From positions 1,952,001 through 2,016,000 of the forward strand of contig OZ244651.1 of assembly GCA_965218695.1 (NCBI GenBank): 64,000 nucleotides of DNA. Reading direction: 5' to 3'. Made by a program: the position numbers and the translations under genes. Positions 20,848-32,482 of the stretch are shown here, in pieces (position 1 is the first letter of the stretch; the number at the start of each line of letters is the position of its first letter). Below the pieces are notes generated by a model. The model did no database searches, was not told the origin of the DNA, and worked only from the letters and a program-made list of their open reading frames with translations. The stretch is from Nitrosopumilus sp. (GTDB taxonomy: Archaea > Thermoproteota > Nitrososphaeria > Nitrososphaerales > Nitrosopumilaceae).

Positions 20848-21583
20848 AAAGTTTGCAGACAAGCCCTACTCGGGCATTCTGGGGTATCCAAAGGCCACCA
20901 GACGCCAGCTGAATGCAAGGATCAGGGAGCTTGAAAGACTTCGGGTAGGCACAATCGCACTGTCAGGTCCCACCATGCTTGGAAAGCTTGCGGTTCTGGG
21001 GAAGGGATACGCAGGGGTGGTGGTACTTGCAAGAAGGGACGGGCTGCAAGTGGCCCTGAAGATCAGAAGAACTGATTCCCAGAGAAGCAGCATGAAGGAC
21101 GAGGCCGTACTGCTGGGACTGGCAAACTCCATAGGCGTCGGGCCAGAGAGGCTGGCTGTAAGCAGAAATTTTTTGATCATGGAGTTTATCGAGGGAGTTA
21201 TGATAGGCCAGTGGGTGGGCTCGCTGAAGGGTGCAGGTAGCGTAAAGAGGCTCAAGGGGACAATCAGGAAGATTCTGGGAGAATGCTACAGGTTGGACAG
21301 GATAGGAGTTGACCACGGCGAGCTGAGCAACATCACCAAGCATGTCATAGTCGGAGAGGCAGGCCCGGTCCTGATTGATTTTGAGAGTTCAAGCGCCGAC
21401 AGGAGGCCGTCAAATGTCACATCCATAACCCAGGCAATCTACATCGGCTCGGGAATTGCAAAGAAGGTGCAAAGGATCTATAGAAACCCGTCCAAGGAGG
21501 AGATTATCACGGCGCTAAGGAAGTACAAGCGTGAAGGGACGCAGGAGAGTTTTGACGGACTCCTCAAAGTGTTGAAACTGTAG
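20825..21583 (+). CDS. RIO-like Ser/Thr protein kinase
   Basis: LGKGYAGVV, VALKI, DHGELS, LIDFESS. Confidence 0.8.
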   Translation: MHSFISIEKFADKPYSGILGYPKATRRQLNARIRELERLRVGTIALSGPTMLGKLAVLGKGYAGVVVLARRDGLQVALKIRRTDSQRSSMKDEAVLLGLANSIGVGPERLAVSRNFLIMEFIEGVMIGQWVGSLKGAGSVKRLKGTIRKILGECYRLDRIGVDHGELSNITKHVIVGEAGPVLIDFESSSADRRPSNVTSITQAIYIGSGIAKKVQRIYRNPSKEEIITALRKYKREGTQESFDGLLKVLKL

Positions 21584-21742
21584 TGGCGGGTCTGACGCAG
21601 ACAGGATCTTTGCCGGTGTGACTTTTGGGAGTGGGATTGCCGGGTTCCTGCGCCGTGGCCGCCATTGAGTAGTAGTTATTCAACCCACACACGGAAGCAA
21701 GATCCAAACGAGCTGCCAGAATGGGAACGTGTTAGGGTTGCA

Positions 21743-21819
21743 TGGTGGGATCGGCAGGATTTGAACCTGCGACCACTAGTCCCCCAGACTAGTATCATAC
21801 CAAGCTAGACGACGATCCC
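21743..21819 (-). tRNA. tRNA-Pro(GGG), CCA encoded
   Basis: GGGATCG acceptor stem, anticodon arm CTAGT-CTGGGGG-ACTAG, T-loop GTTCAAATC, 3' ACCA. Confidence 0.95.
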
Positions 21820-21872
21820 TGTATGGAGGCAGCAGGTGAAATTATTAAATCGTCGTATTATACACAGAACAC

Positions 21873-22079
21873 ATGAAGATCTGCAATGTCTGCAACAGGG
21901 TGTCTGCCACAGATGAGGACCACACAGACTGCATCCAGATGAGGAGGGTCGAGTTGGAAGATGACGATTTCAAGAACAGTATTCCAGAAAAGATGGACAT
22001 GATCGGGAACCCGCAGGATCTGGGCGTCGAGATCAGGGCTGTTCTAGAACACCTTGCAAGAGAAAAGACAGAAGACTAG
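21873..22079 (+). CDS. Small hypothetical protein, possible Zn-binding
   Basis: CxxC..HxxC; AT-rich promoter-like sequence upstream. Confidence 0.65.
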   Translation: MKICNVCNRVSATDEDHTDCIQMRRVELEDDDFKNSIPEKMDMIGNPQDLGVEIRAVLEHLAREKTED

Positions 22080-22816
22080 CGTTCCTGTGTCGTGGGCCTT
22101 ATCAGAACCTCGTTTACATTGACGTAAGGGGGAGCACTTACCGCATACAGAATTGCCTCTGCTATGTCCTTGGCGCGCAGCGACTGCATCTTTTTTGCCT
22201 TCTCCACAAATCCCTGCAGGGACTCGTCAGTAATGGTGTCGTTGAGCTCCGTATCCACAACCCCGGGTTCGATGCTGGTAACCCTGATGCCCAGGCGTGT
22301 GCTGAACTCCTGCCTCAGTCCCTCGCTTAAGGCGGTAACTGCATGCTTTGTAGCACAGTAGACGCTTCCTGATGGAAAGACTATCCTACCTGCCACCGAG
22401 GAGAGGTTTACAATGTGCCCGGATTTTTTCTCCTTCATGTGAGAGATTACTGCAGCAGTGCAGTACAGCACGCCCTTGATGTTCACGTCAACCATCTGAT
22501 CCCATTCATCCACCTTGAGGTTCTTGAAGAAGCTCAGTGGCATCAGCCCTGCATTGTTTACAAGTATGTCAATGGAGCCCCATCTCTCCAGGACCGCCTT
22601 GGCAAAGTCCTCACACTCGGATCTTTTTGTCACGTCCAGTTTTTGATAGAATGCTTGGCCGCCGCCGGCAGAGATCTTTTCTGCAAGGTCTGCCAGCCTA
22701 TCAACCCTCCTGGCACCTATGGCAACCTTGGCACCTGCCTCAGACAGTGCAAGGGCAGTCGCAAGCCCTATGCCGCTGCTTGCACCCGTCACAATTGCAA
22801 CCTTGTCTTTAATCAT
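22076..22816 (-). CDS. SDR family oxidoreductase
   Basis: TGASSGIG, NNAG, YCATK. Confidence 0.92.
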   Translation of the reverse strand: MIKDKVAIVTGASSGIGLATALALSEAGAKVAIGARRVDRLADLAEKISAGGGQAFYQKLDVTKRSECEDFAKAVLERWGSIDILVNNAGLMPLSFFKNLKVDEWDQMVDVNIKGVLYCTAAVISHMKEKKSGHIVNLSSVAGRIVFPSGSVYCATKHAVTALSEGLRQEFSTRLGIRVTSIEPGVVDTELNDTITDESLQGFVEKAKKMQSLRAKDIAEAILYAVSAPPYVNVNEVLIRPTTQER

Positions 22817-22910
22817 CTAGATTCACAGTCTCCAGACATCGTAAAAATGTTTATACACTAGATCCGCAGGCCACTGGTAACTTTATTAGAAGAAAAGAAT
22901 AACGTGTCAT

Positions 22911-23132
22911 GTGAAGGCTGAAAAGTGTGCCTATTGCGGTGATATGATAGACATGCCGTTCCACTGTAACTACTGCAAGGATCCGTTTTGTGCAGAACAC
23001 CGGCTCCCAGAAGAGCACAGGTGTGTCAGACTCAGTCAAATCAGAGCAAACCGGTTTGGGGAGAAGAAGGTCATTCGGGACGGCGGACCAAACAAACCAA
23101 GCATCTTCAAGCGCATGTTCGGACGATCCTAG
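22911..23132 (+). CDS. AN1-type zinc finger protein
   Basis: CAYC..PFHCNYC..FCAEHRLPEEHRC. Confidence 0.88.
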   Translation: MKAEKCAYCGDMIDMPFHCNYCKDPFCAEHRLPEEHRCVRLSQIRANRFGEKKVIRDGGPNKPSIFKRMFGRS

Positions 23133-23134
23133 AA

Positions 23135-23419
23135 TCAGTACGGAGTCTTGTCAGGAGATATCTTTGCCCTCTTGCCCTGGTATAGCAGTGCCACGGCAAG
23201 TGCAAACATTACAAGGGCCGTAAGCGGAAAGTTCTGTGGTTCCGGCAGGATAAACCAGTAGTATACGCCGAACCCTATCAAGACTGCCGCCTGAGTCCAC
23301 AGCTTTGCCCACTTAGGTGCCCTTACCAGCCTGCTTGCACCCTCGACTATGAATATCCCAATCACTGGATAGATGGTATAGAACAAAAAGTCAACAACGT
23401 CGACTCCTGTATGGGACAT
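23135..23419 (-). CDS. Small membrane protein
   Basis: Three hydrophobic helices. Confidence 0.7.
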   Translation of the reverse strand: MSHTGVDVVDFLFYTIYPVIGIFIVEGASRLVRAPKWAKLWTQAAVLIGFGVYYWFILPEPQNFPLTALVMFALAVALLYQGKRAKISPDKTPY

Positions 23420-23449
23420 ACCATATCAAGAACAGGGCATAATTTCTAT

Positions 23450-24007
23450 CTAGTCTTCCCAGCGGACCTTGGCTGCGACATTCTTTACAATCAAGGCCTG
23501 GGCGTTCTCGTATGGGATCGTTGCAATGTCTTCTGCCTCAAACGGGCCGTACATCTCAAGGTCTGCACCGACGATCTTGTCAACCTTTTGCAGGAGTCGG
23601 ACTACGACCATTCTTGTCTTGTGGTTCGTGGTAATGGATTCAAGAAGCTTGGATCTTCCGTTGATGGTACTCAAGAGGATCATCTCCATTCTCTCCTTTT
23701 GCTCCTCCCCAGAGTCCAAAATGAACTTTTCCTCGTCTAGGAGACGGTCTGTCACAACGTCTGCGGATCTTGATATCTTGTCAAGCCTGGTTCGTATCAG
23801 CAGGGTGATCAGCTCCGTTGCAGTCTGTATCATGGTGTCTTTAATCTGGCCCTCCACGCCATCGTACTCCTGCCTATTCAAATTCCCCATAAAGTCAGAC
23901 AGGTTACGATAGAAGTCCGGGGCAACCTCCAGCAGGGAGTCGTTTTCTATCTCCCGCTGAACCATGTGGTGGAGGGAGCCGATATCTAACTTGTTTGATT
24001 CTGACAT
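23450..24007 (-). CDS. GINS complex subunit
   Basis: Helical N-terminus RLDKI..LLDEE; C-terminal VGADLEMYGPF..DIATIPYENA. Confidence 0.8.
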   Translation of the reverse strand: MSESNKLDIGSLHHMVQREIENDSLLEVAPDFYRNLSDFMGNLNRQEYDGVEGQIKDTMIQTATELITLLIRTRLDKISRSADVVTDRLLDEEKFILDSGEEQKERMEMILLSTINGRSKLLESITTNHKTRMVVVRLLQKVDKIVGADLEMYGPFEAEDIATIPYENAQALIVKNVAAKVRWED

Positions 24008-24048
24008 TTCCTACCTAATCCTTAAATGATAGTCTTATTTGTGTTTGA

Positions 24049-25518
24049 TTGAAGCAGTTGCCCTATAAAGTAAGTCACGGAAAAGCAGTTAGGATTGCGT
24101 ACTCACCTGATGAGATTTTTGCCATAATCGAACACGAACAAATAAAGTTCATTGATCTCCAGTTTACCGGACTGACCGGCCACTTTCACCACACCACAAT
24201 CCCAGCTAGCACATTTACCCCGGATCAGATGAGGGACGGACTCCCAAAACTGGACGGATCCTCCATTGTGGGATTTACAAGCATAGACGATTCGGACCTT
24301 CTTCTAAAACCGGATCCCAACACGTTTGCAATAATTCCATGGATGACAGAGCACAAGACGGCAAGGATGCTCTGCGATATCTACTGGGGAGTGAACAGGG
24401 GAAGACTGTCAAGGGATCCCAGGGGGATTGCCCAAAAGGCCGAGGAATACGTCAAGACGCAGGGATTTGAGTACAGTACGTGGGGTCCGGAGGTGGAGTT
24501 CTTTGTGTTTGATAAGGTGCGCTGGGATGTCCTGACGCCGTACAAGGGACAGTCCTATTCCATTGAATCAAGGGAGGCGCCATGGAACCAAGAGGGGGAT
24601 GGATACCCCATGGGGCTCCAAGAGGGGTATTACCCAAGTACGCCGTCTGACACCCTTATGCTATACAGGAACGAGTGTGTGGATATTCTCCAGAAAAACT
24701 TTGGGATCCTGTGCGACAACCATCACCACGAAGTGGCCACAGCCGGGCAGTGTGAGATTGACATCAGGTACGATCTTTTGACAAACTCGGCAGATGCTGC
24801 ACAGTCATACAAGTACGTCATTAGAAACGTGGCCACAAAACATCACAAGGTTGCAACCATGATGCCAAAGCCGCTTGCAATGGATTCTGGTTCTGGCATG
24901 CATGTAAATGTCAGCCTCTGGAATGGAAAGAAGAACATGTTTTTTGATCCTGATGATGAGATCGAACTCAGTCAGACTGGAAGATACTTTTGCGGAGGGA
25001 TAATCAACCATGCCAAGGCTCTCTCGGCAATATGCAACCCTACGACCAACTCATATCACAGACTGGTTCCAGGGTATGAGGCGCCGGCATACATTGCATG
25101 GAGTTCTGGAAACCGTTCTGCAATTGTGAGGGTTCCAAAACACCTTACAGGAACAAAATACGCATACCTGAAGAGGTTGGAGTTCCGGGCGCCGGATCCC
25201 TCATCCAATCCGTACCTGGTGTTTGCCGCAGTCACTGCAGCCGGGATGGACGGGTTGAAGAAGAAGACTGAGCCTGGAGACATGGTTCACGAGGACATCT
25301 TCAACATGACAAAGTCGGACAGAAGCCGGAAGGGAATTGAAATGCTTCCAGGGAATCTGGGAGAGGCGCTTGACGAGCTGGAAAGCGACAAAAAGTTCCT
25401 CAGTCCGATATTTACCAACGATGTAATTGACAAGGTAGTGGAACTGGAGAGAAGGGATCAGCGGGAGATATCCATCAGACCGCACCCTCACGAGTTCTAC
25501 ATGTATTTTGATGTCTAG
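24049..25518 (+). CDS. glnA: Glutamine synthetase type I
   Basis: DGSSI, GPEVEFF, HHEVATAGQCEI, GSGMH, RLVPGYEAP, RLEFRAPD. Confidence 0.96.
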   Translation: MKQLPYKVSHGKAVRIAYSPDEIFAIIEHEQIKFIDLQFTGLTGHFHHTTIPASTFTPDQMRDGLPKLDGSSIVGFTSIDDSDLLLKPDPNTFAIIPWMTEHKTARMLCDIYWGVNRGRLSRDPRGIAQKAEEYVKTQGFEYSTWGPEVEFFVFDKVRWDVLTPYKGQSYSIESREAPWNQEGDGYPMGLQEGYYPSTPSDTLMLYRNECVDILQKNFGILCDNHHHEVATAGQCEIDIRYDLLTNSADAAQSYKYVIRNVATKHHKVATMMPKPLAMDSGSGMHVNVSLWNGKKNMFFDPDDEIELSQTGRYFCGGIINHAKALSAICNPTTNSYHRLVPGYEAPAYIAWSSGNRSAIVRVPKHLTGTKYAYLKRLEFRAPDPSSNPYLVFAAVTAAGMDGLKKKTEPGDMVHEDIFNMTKSDRSRKGIEMLPGNLGEALDELESDKKFLSPIFTNDVIDKVVELERRDQREISIRPHPHEFYMYFDV

Positions 25519-25787
25519 ACTTGGCCTGCAACATTCATGATGAGGAACAGTGAGGTTCCCATCAGGACAAACCCGCATCCAAGAAGAATGGGTTTCTTAT
25601 TCCAGGATAACGTGGCCCTGTAAAGCAGGAATCCGCCTCCAAGCCCTATAAACAGCACAAAGACCCCGTAGATGACGATGTCAAAACTTGTGTCGGTAAT
25701 CAACGGATAAAAGAATCCGGCAAGCAGCGTAAAGAATATGATCAGATAGATGTACTTGAGGCTCGCCAGAATGGATGACTTGTTCAT
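25515..25787 (-). CDS. Small membrane protein
   Basis: Three TM helices. Confidence 0.7.
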   Translation of the reverse strand: MNKSSILASLKYIYLIIFFTLLAGFFYPLITDTSFDIVIYGVFVLFIGLGGGFLLYRATLSWNKKPILLGCGFVLMGTSLFLIMNVAGQV

Positions 25788-25829
25788 TGTTATGTTCGGT
25801 ATGTAACTAAAGATTAAAGGGTTTCAGGC

Positions 25830-27527
25830 CTACATCATGCCGCCCATGTCAGGCATTCCACCCATGCCGGGAGGCATTCCACCCATGCCGGGAGGCATTC
25901 CACCTTCGCCTCCGGGTGGTCCGCCTGCGGATTTTTGTGTTGCAATTACATCATCAATTCTAAGAATCATGCAGGCAGCCTCAGAGGAAGCCGAGACGAT
26001 TTGGAGTTTTACCACAAGCGGTTCGATAATGTCGCTATTCTTCATATTGGATATCTTTCCCTTCATCACGTTAATTCCGGTCCACTTTTCGCCCCTTTGT
26101 TGTTTTGAACGTAGAAGGGTTATGGTGTTTATCGGATCCATTCCGGCATTCTCTGCTAGCGTCAGCGGAATTGATTCCAAGGCGTCTGCAAATTTCTCGG
26201 CGGCCAGCTGTTCTCTTCCTTCCAGTGTCTTTGCCCAACCCCTGAGTTTTGTTGCTGCAAACGTTTCAGGGGCGCCTCCGCCTGCAACGATAAATGGGCT
26301 CTGTATTACATCCTTTACAACCATGAGTGCGTCATTAATAGAGCGTGCGACCTCGTCTACCACTCTTTGTGAGCCTCCCCGGAGAAGTATGGTAACGGAT
26401 TTTGGATGCTTGCATCCCTCCACAAACACCCACCGGTCCTCTTCGATCTTTCTCTCTTCTACCAGTTCTGCGGTTCCAAGATCCTTCTCAAAGAGGTCGT
26501 CCAGATTTGTAACCACTCTGGCACCTGTTGCCTTTGCAAGTTTGCTAAGATCACTTTCCTTGATTCGCCTGACGGCAATCACGCCGGCCTTGGCAAGATA
26601 GTGCTGCGCCATGTCGTCAATCCCCTTTTGGCACAAAACCACGTTTGCCCCGGAACCGATAACCTTGTCAATCATGTTCTTTAGCATACGGTTCTCCTCG
26701 TCAAGGAATGATTTGAGCTGCTGAGGGTTTGAGATGTTAATCTTTGCATCAGTCTCGGTCTTGTTGATCTCCAAGGCGGTGTTGATTAGTGCAATCTTGG
26801 CCTCATCTATCTTCTTTGGCATGCCGCCGTGGACGATCTCCTTGTCAAGCACGATTCCCTGTACCACTGCAGAGTCCTTGATCGAGCCGCCGGCCTTCTT
26901 CTCCACCTTTATATCATCAACATCGATGTTGTGGGTGTCGTCTTCCTTCTCAACCACGGACAAGGTGGAGTCCACTACCATGTCGGCAAGCTGGTCTGAA
27001 TCTTTTCTGACAAGCTTGGTCTGCATTGCGGTCTTTGCTATCTTTGTCAAGATGGTCTTGTCACTTACGGAGACAGCAGTTGCAATGCTTTCCAGAAACT
27101 CCTTGGCCATCTTTCCTGCCTTTCGATATCCGTCAACTATGATTGTGGGATGTACGTTCTGGTCTATCAGTGATTCTGCGTTTTCAAGCAGGGCTCCTGC
27201 AAGAACCACAGCAGAAGTGGTGCCGTCGCCTACCTCGTTGTCGGTGGTCTTTGAAATTTCAACAAGCATCTTGGCTGCAGGGTGCTGGACATCAATCTCC
27301 TTAAGAATTGTAGCCCCGTCATTTGTAATGGTAACGTCTCCCAGAGAGTCCACCAGCATCTTGTCCATGCCACGCGGACCCAGACTTGTATGAATAATCT
27401 CTGCAATTATCTTGGATGCGGCAATGTTGTTCTTTTGTGCATCCTTGCCTTTTGTCTCAGAACTGCCCTCTTTTAACAGAACCACAGGCATGGTTCCCTT
27501 TGAAGTTGCCTGTATCGCCATATCCAA
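25830..27527 (-). CDS. Thermosome (group II chaperonin) subunit
   Basis: LGPRGMDKM, TNDGATIL, GDGTTS, GGM-repeat tail. Confidence 0.96.
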   Translation of the reverse strand: MDMAIQATSKGTMPVVLLKEGSSETKGKDAQKNNIAASKIIAEIIHTSLGPRGMDKMLVDSLGDVTITNDGATILKEIDVQHPAAKMLVEISKTTDNEVGDGTTSAVVLAGALLENAESLIDQNVHPTIIVDGYRKAGKMAKEFLESIATAVSVSDKTILTKIAKTAMQTKLVRKDSDQLADMVVDSTLSVVEKEDDTHNIDVDDIKVEKKAGGSIKDSAVVQGIVLDKEIVHGGMPKKIDEAKIALINTALEINKTETDAKINISNPQQLKSFLDEENRMLKNMIDKVIGSGANVVLCQKGIDDMAQHYLAKAGVIAVRRIKESDLSKLAKATGARVVTNLDDLFEKDLGTAELVEERKIEEDRWVFVEGCKHPKSVTILLRGGSQRVVDEVARSINDALMVVKDVIQSPFIVAGGGAPETFAATKLRGWAKTLEGREQLAAEKFADALESIPLTLAENAGMDPINTITLLRSKQQRGEKWTGINVMKGKISNMKNSDIIEPLVVKLQIVSASSEAACMILRIDDVIATQKSAGGPPGGEGGMPPGMGGMPPGMGGMPDMGGMM

Positions 27528-27607
27528 TCGGTCATAGAATCCCTTATTATATTTTAAGATCGGCTACGGGTACGCACTCAGGTCCCTTATAAACACAGAC
27601 ATAATTC

Positions 27608-29076
27608 CAGTAGATGGAAATGTATCTAATTACACATGCCCGACACTGCCTTTACCAGACCCATGATTAACAGCTAACCGTCCACAAATACAGAAGATCA
27701 TTCCAGTCGATGATCCTGTGCACATTCCATTGGCACCTAGGCACCGGTTGCTGCATGTTCGCGCAGCCTTGCAGCCGGTACTTGCATACGAATGCGTCAA
27801 GAAATGCAAGTCATGTGGGGGGTTTGGTCAGACCTAACTCTCTCATGAACCTGAGAAACAGTCTGAGCATCTTCTTGAGCGTCATGTGCACGCCGGGACA
27901 CAAGGTTTGGAGTAGATGGCGAACCAGTGCCCAGGCGTTGTAAATGAATATCGGGAAGAACAGCAGCAGCATCCGCACCGACTCGTTCCTGCTCGTGGTG
28001 CGGGGCCTGAGGGACTCGTAATCCTTGTACGCAGTCTCCACTCCCCAGCGGAGGCGGTACTGTTCTGCGAATCCGTGCGCGCCTGTCAGGCCGTCAGACT
28101 CAAACCCCAGCACCTGCGGCACCGTGGCGTTGGTGGCAAGCGTAAAGTGCCCGTTCTCTCTCTTTTGGATTATCAGCGTAAACTCGGCAGTGCTGCGTCC
28201 TGAATCTATGGAATGCCGCGACGCTGCCTCCCTGCTGCCGTCCTCGAACTCCTTTACGGCTTTTTTGACGCCCTTGGTCTTGATTGCAGGCACCATAAAC
28301 GGAATCCTTCACGCTTGAGCATGTCCATGATGTCCACAGAAAAGAACTCCCTGTCTATCTTTAGTGATTTGATCCTCATTCCCTGCTTTCTGCAGTCTGC
28401 TATCAATCCCGAGACCACCTCGAGACTTGTATCTCCCCTTCTTACCAGCCTTGCGGCCAGAAATGCCCTGGAATCTGCCGCGATGCAGTTTGCAGTAGCC
28501 AGACAGTTAAAGTTGTACGTTCCCTTTTTTGGTTTTGACTTTATGGTGTTGACGATCCTTCGGAACCTGTCGTACCTGCAGACCAGATGCTTGTCGATTG
28601 CGACATCCACCGGCTCCCTGAACATGCCGTGCCGCCTCATCCTGCGCACGGTACGGTCTGTCACCGCCTGGCACCGCTTCAGCATGTGGTCGTACCTGAC
28701 ATGGCGTATCCGGTCAAGCAGCCACGTGCCCGTAGGAATGCCGGTCCCGCCGTCCGGGTCGCTAGAGTGTGCAGTCTCTGCGTATTCGGCGTGCCTGCAC
28801 ATGCCAAACACGCGTTCAAAAAAATCAATCGGGCCATACAGGGCGTTGTACCTGTCTGAGAATTTGATCTGCAACAGGGAAAACAGCACGGGGCCGATGA
28901 TCTTAAATGCAGATTCGGCGGACTGTATTTGGAGCGATTGCTTGTTTTTCATTTGGTCGTGTTAGACTTGCGTCCTCCATTTTTAACACCCAGAGTCTAA
29001 TGATGATGAACGCGTGGTGATCATGAGGAACGCGGCAAAATTAGACGATCCTGAAAAAACACATTTCTATCTACTG
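27608..29076 (-). mobile_element. ISH3-family insertion sequence
   Basis: TIR CAGTAGATGGAAATGT / CAGTAGATAGAAATGT (15/16); 5-bp TSD AATTC (27603-07, 29077-81). Confidence 0.88.
27811..28952 (-). pseudogene. ISH3-like DDE transposase, frameshifted near 28297
   Basis: VAIDKH and IDREFF in 28254-28952; YRLRWGVETAYK..PRTTSRN in 27811-28296. Confidence 0.82.
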
Positions 29077-29200
29077 AATTCATTGCAAATTCGTGCCTAG
29101 AATTGTATTGGACCTGAGTGCGCACGGCTACGGTAAGTCGGAGTCATACACGAGTCCATAGAACCAAGAGTGTCGGTTCTAACAACGCAATCACATCAGT

Positions 29201-30878
29201 AGATCCTATGCAGAATGCGCCTGACGCGGCAAACCATAAAATCACGTCCGAACTGCGCTGGGCATGGCCGTATCTGAAAATCCCACCTGCCACATATTTT
29301 ACAAATTCGTCTTGTTCGTCCATGTGAAAAATCTAGTTTCCAAGAATGAAAAGCAAGACATGTCCGGCGGATGTGCGGCATCTGTCCACCAGAGCGGCAG
29401 ATTGTTTCATGGTGAATTGGAGGGGGAGATTCATGCGAATCCGAATGCTATGCGCGGCATTTTTGCACTGCTGCATCTTTTACTCCGTCCAAGCGGCTCA
29501 TGCCGCCCTGCCTCAGAGGCGCGCCCTTTCTTCTGCCAGCCTCTTGAGAAGGTCCGCGTCCCTGAGTTTTATTTCGTCCCACATCAGATCCTGGTTTACC
29601 ATTCCTGCAATCGCGTTGAGCTCGTCGTTGTACTCCTCTTCGGTGCCGTCGTACGGGTCAGTCAGCCTCTTGTACTGCTTCAGGTTCTCCCTATGACGTG
29701 CTCTATGGCCACCCGGGAACTGTTTACCCTCTTGTTGTAGGCGCGCTGCTTCTTTGTCAGGCCACCTGTCTTCTTGTCGGCACCAGGCTTTTTCTTGTAC
29801 GGGTGCCTGATGTGCCATCCGGGATATTCCTCCCTTGTCCCCTGGTAGCCCTTGTCGGTCAGGACATAGGGCTTTTCCTTTTCGGGCACGTCCTTCTGGC
29901 CCATCCTTGCAGTGATGATTCCAAGGTTTGGCGGATCCTCGTTGAGCAGGGTCTTGTCGTGGACGCTGCCCGGAACGGTCTTGCTTATCGCAACTATCAC
30001 GCGGCGCTTGTTGATCACGATGTTGGTGTTGTACGTGTGCGCCTTCTTCTTGCCAGAGTACGTCTTTTTGCGCCTCTCCTTGTCCGCGGATCTTCTGACC
30101 CGGTTGTGCGTGCCGTCCACCATCAGTTCTCCTCCCCTCCTGCCGGGTATTATCTTCTTGCTCTCCTCAAACGTCCTGGCCTTTTGTGCAGCCTCGCTGA
30201 TTTTGCGCGGCGCCGTGCCTGTCTCGCCTAGCAGCCGGGTCATCAGGGGAAGATACCTGGAGACGGTGGCCTGGTCAACGCCAAGCATCGTGGCCAGGGC
30301 TTCCTGCGGTATGCTCAGCCTTGACCGAAACAGCCACAGCAGGTACGCGTGCCTCAGGGGCAGGATGCGCCTGCTTCCGGAGTTTTTTGATCTGCTCCCA
30401 ACTTCCCAAAAGAGCGCAGTCTCCCCGTTCCGCTCCAAAAGCTCCTTGAGGCGGTTCAGCGTGTGGTCAAACCTTTCCGGGGTGCGCAGCGTCATGGCGT
30501 GCAGGAATTCAGGATATTTTATGATGTCGTCAAGAAACCTAGACGTGATGGTCCAGTGGTCAGTCAGGCGTTCCTTGAGGGCCTCGCCCTTCTGCCTGTC
30601 TGTCCTGCGTGCCTCCCTGAGGGCCCTGATCCTCTGCCTGTGGAGTTCTCCTGATTCCCTGAGCGACTCGTTTTCCTGCCGTATTCTCTGCACGATCGGT
30701 TCTGCCAGCATTGCCATCACGGTGTGGCGTAAAGACCACCGATCTTAATGTTTCGGTTGCCGTTCCTGGATTGGCATGTTTTACGGTTCTGTGAATATTC
30801 GACTGCATGTGGTGCTGCATGTAGGAATAACCCAGTTTAATTCAGTTTTTTAGGTCAGGCACATTCTGCATGAGATCT
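29201..30878 (-). mobile_element. IS5-family (ISL2/IS112-like) insertion sequence
   Basis: 25-bp imperfect TIR AGATCCTATGCAGAATGCGCCTGAC / AGATCTCATGCAGAATGTGCCTGAC; 3-bp TSD AGT. Confidence 0.87.
29513..30720 (-). pseudogene. DDE_Tnp_4-type transposase, frameshifted near 29685
   Basis: VDGT, YSGKKKAH, GSVHD, DKGYQG, RVAIEHVIGR; the expected LKQYKRL continues in another frame. Confidence 0.82.
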
Positions 30879-31430
30879 AGTATCCACGTTATATCGCGCA
30901 TACCTGTCAATCCCAGAACAGGCCTATGAGACCATGCCGGTCCGTAGCGTCCAATGTCTGGTCTGACACATGTGCTGATCCTGTATGTCAGGCGTATTAT
31001 CTGATCAAACACGCCACGCAACACCCCGTAATTTAAAAAATAACACGGTTAAAGTGATAAAAATTTTCAAAACTGTTGATAATTTAGTTGATTTAAGATA
31101 CAGATCGTCTTATAATGAAAAATACTTCAGCCGCTCATCGGAGGCAATGCTTGATGGGCCGGATCTTCAGAACGTGTGATGGGAGAACAAACAAATTCCC
31201 AAATAAAAAACAAGGTTGGGTACGGTGCGCTTCTCTCATTCTGCCACTTCGAAATTTATTAAAGGGGATGCAGGCCCTCGCGTTTCTGGCAATCCCATCC
31301 CACGATAGAATATTGCAGGAATTACCATGTATCAAAAAATGTATAGTTTAAAAATGAAAAATTTGTTTGGTGGGCTGTTTGATCTTTGTCGTGGGGGCAG
31401 GTTCCAAACCACGACCGCCCTGCAGTCACT

Positions 31431-32355
31431 CTACAGGTCGAGGGATTCCTTGAGGCCCTTGTACCTGTTTCTAATGGTAACCTCGGTGACGTTTGCCGCC
31501 TCGGCAATGTTGTGCTGTGTCTGGTTCTCGCCGTTCTTCACGCAGGACAGGTATAATGCAGCCGCTGCAAGTCCCATTGGATCCTTGCCTGCAGAGATCT
31601 CATTCTCCTGGGCCTGTCTTAGAACCGTGACTGCGTACCTCTTTGTCTTTTCTGCGATGCCGATTCTGCTTGCAATTCTTGCGACGCATTGGATCGAGTT
31701 GGTGACAGACATCCTCAGATCAAGCTCCTTGACAAGTAGCCTGTAGCATCGGGCAATGTCCTTCTTCTTAATGTTTGCAGCCTGTTCCACATCCTTGAGA
31801 TTTCTAGGGGTCCCCGTATCACGGCACGAGGCATACAATGAGGATGCCATCAGTGTTGATATGGAGCGGCCCCGGACAAGGCCCTTCTCAATAGCCTTTC
31901 TGTAAATGTATGCTGCCTTTTCAATCACGGCATCAGAGATTACAAGTTTGTCCTTGAGTCGATTCAGCTCGCCAAACGCCTGTCTAAAGTTCCGATCAAC
32001 GGGCTCCTGTACATGGCTTCTGCTGTCCCATGTTCTCAGCCTCTCAATTGGTGTTTCTCATAGTAGCCGAAAGCGGCCTGCCTGAGGCATCCTTGTTAAT
32101 GGGGTTGATTATGGTTGCTAGTCCCATGTCATGCATTGTCAGTGAGGTTGGTGCGCCGGTTCTTGCCCGGTCGCCGTGCTCATCTGATACAAATGATCGC
32201 CATTCTGGACCTGTTTCCTGCAGTTTTTCGGTGATTACAAACCCGCACCGGGGACAGAATGTCTCCCCTGATTCATTGTCTGTGACCAGTTTTTCCCCTG
32301 CACATCTGGGACAAACCATCGCCGCCTTAATTGACATAGTTGTTTCTAGAGTCAT
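31431..32355 (-). pseudogene. tfb: Transcription initiation factor IIB paralogue, frameshifted near 32049
   Basis: Zn ribbon CPRC..CPRCG, GPEWRSF, RARTGAP; one extra A (ACC AAT TGA instead of ACC ATT GAG AGG CTG AGA ACA TGG); cyclin repeats with GKDP, VTEVTIRNRYK. Confidence 0.85.
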
Positions 32356-32482
32356 GAATTTTGTACTATTTATGAATCAACGGGACTTTTGTAGGGGGGG
32401 TGTCTCATGCCAGACTGCATGCATTCGGAGTTCTGCGCCAGACAGGATAATAGTCATAACGGAGTAACGCGGGTTAAGAGGC

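Noticed and set aside
21590-21670. 5S rRNA (GGCGGCCA on the minus strand)
   Set aside because: Lacks the conserved CCGAAC..GAAGTTAAG core and the expected length and structure.
25835-25905. 21-bp tandem repeat
   Set aside because: Encodes the ordinary GGMPPGM tail of the thermosome.
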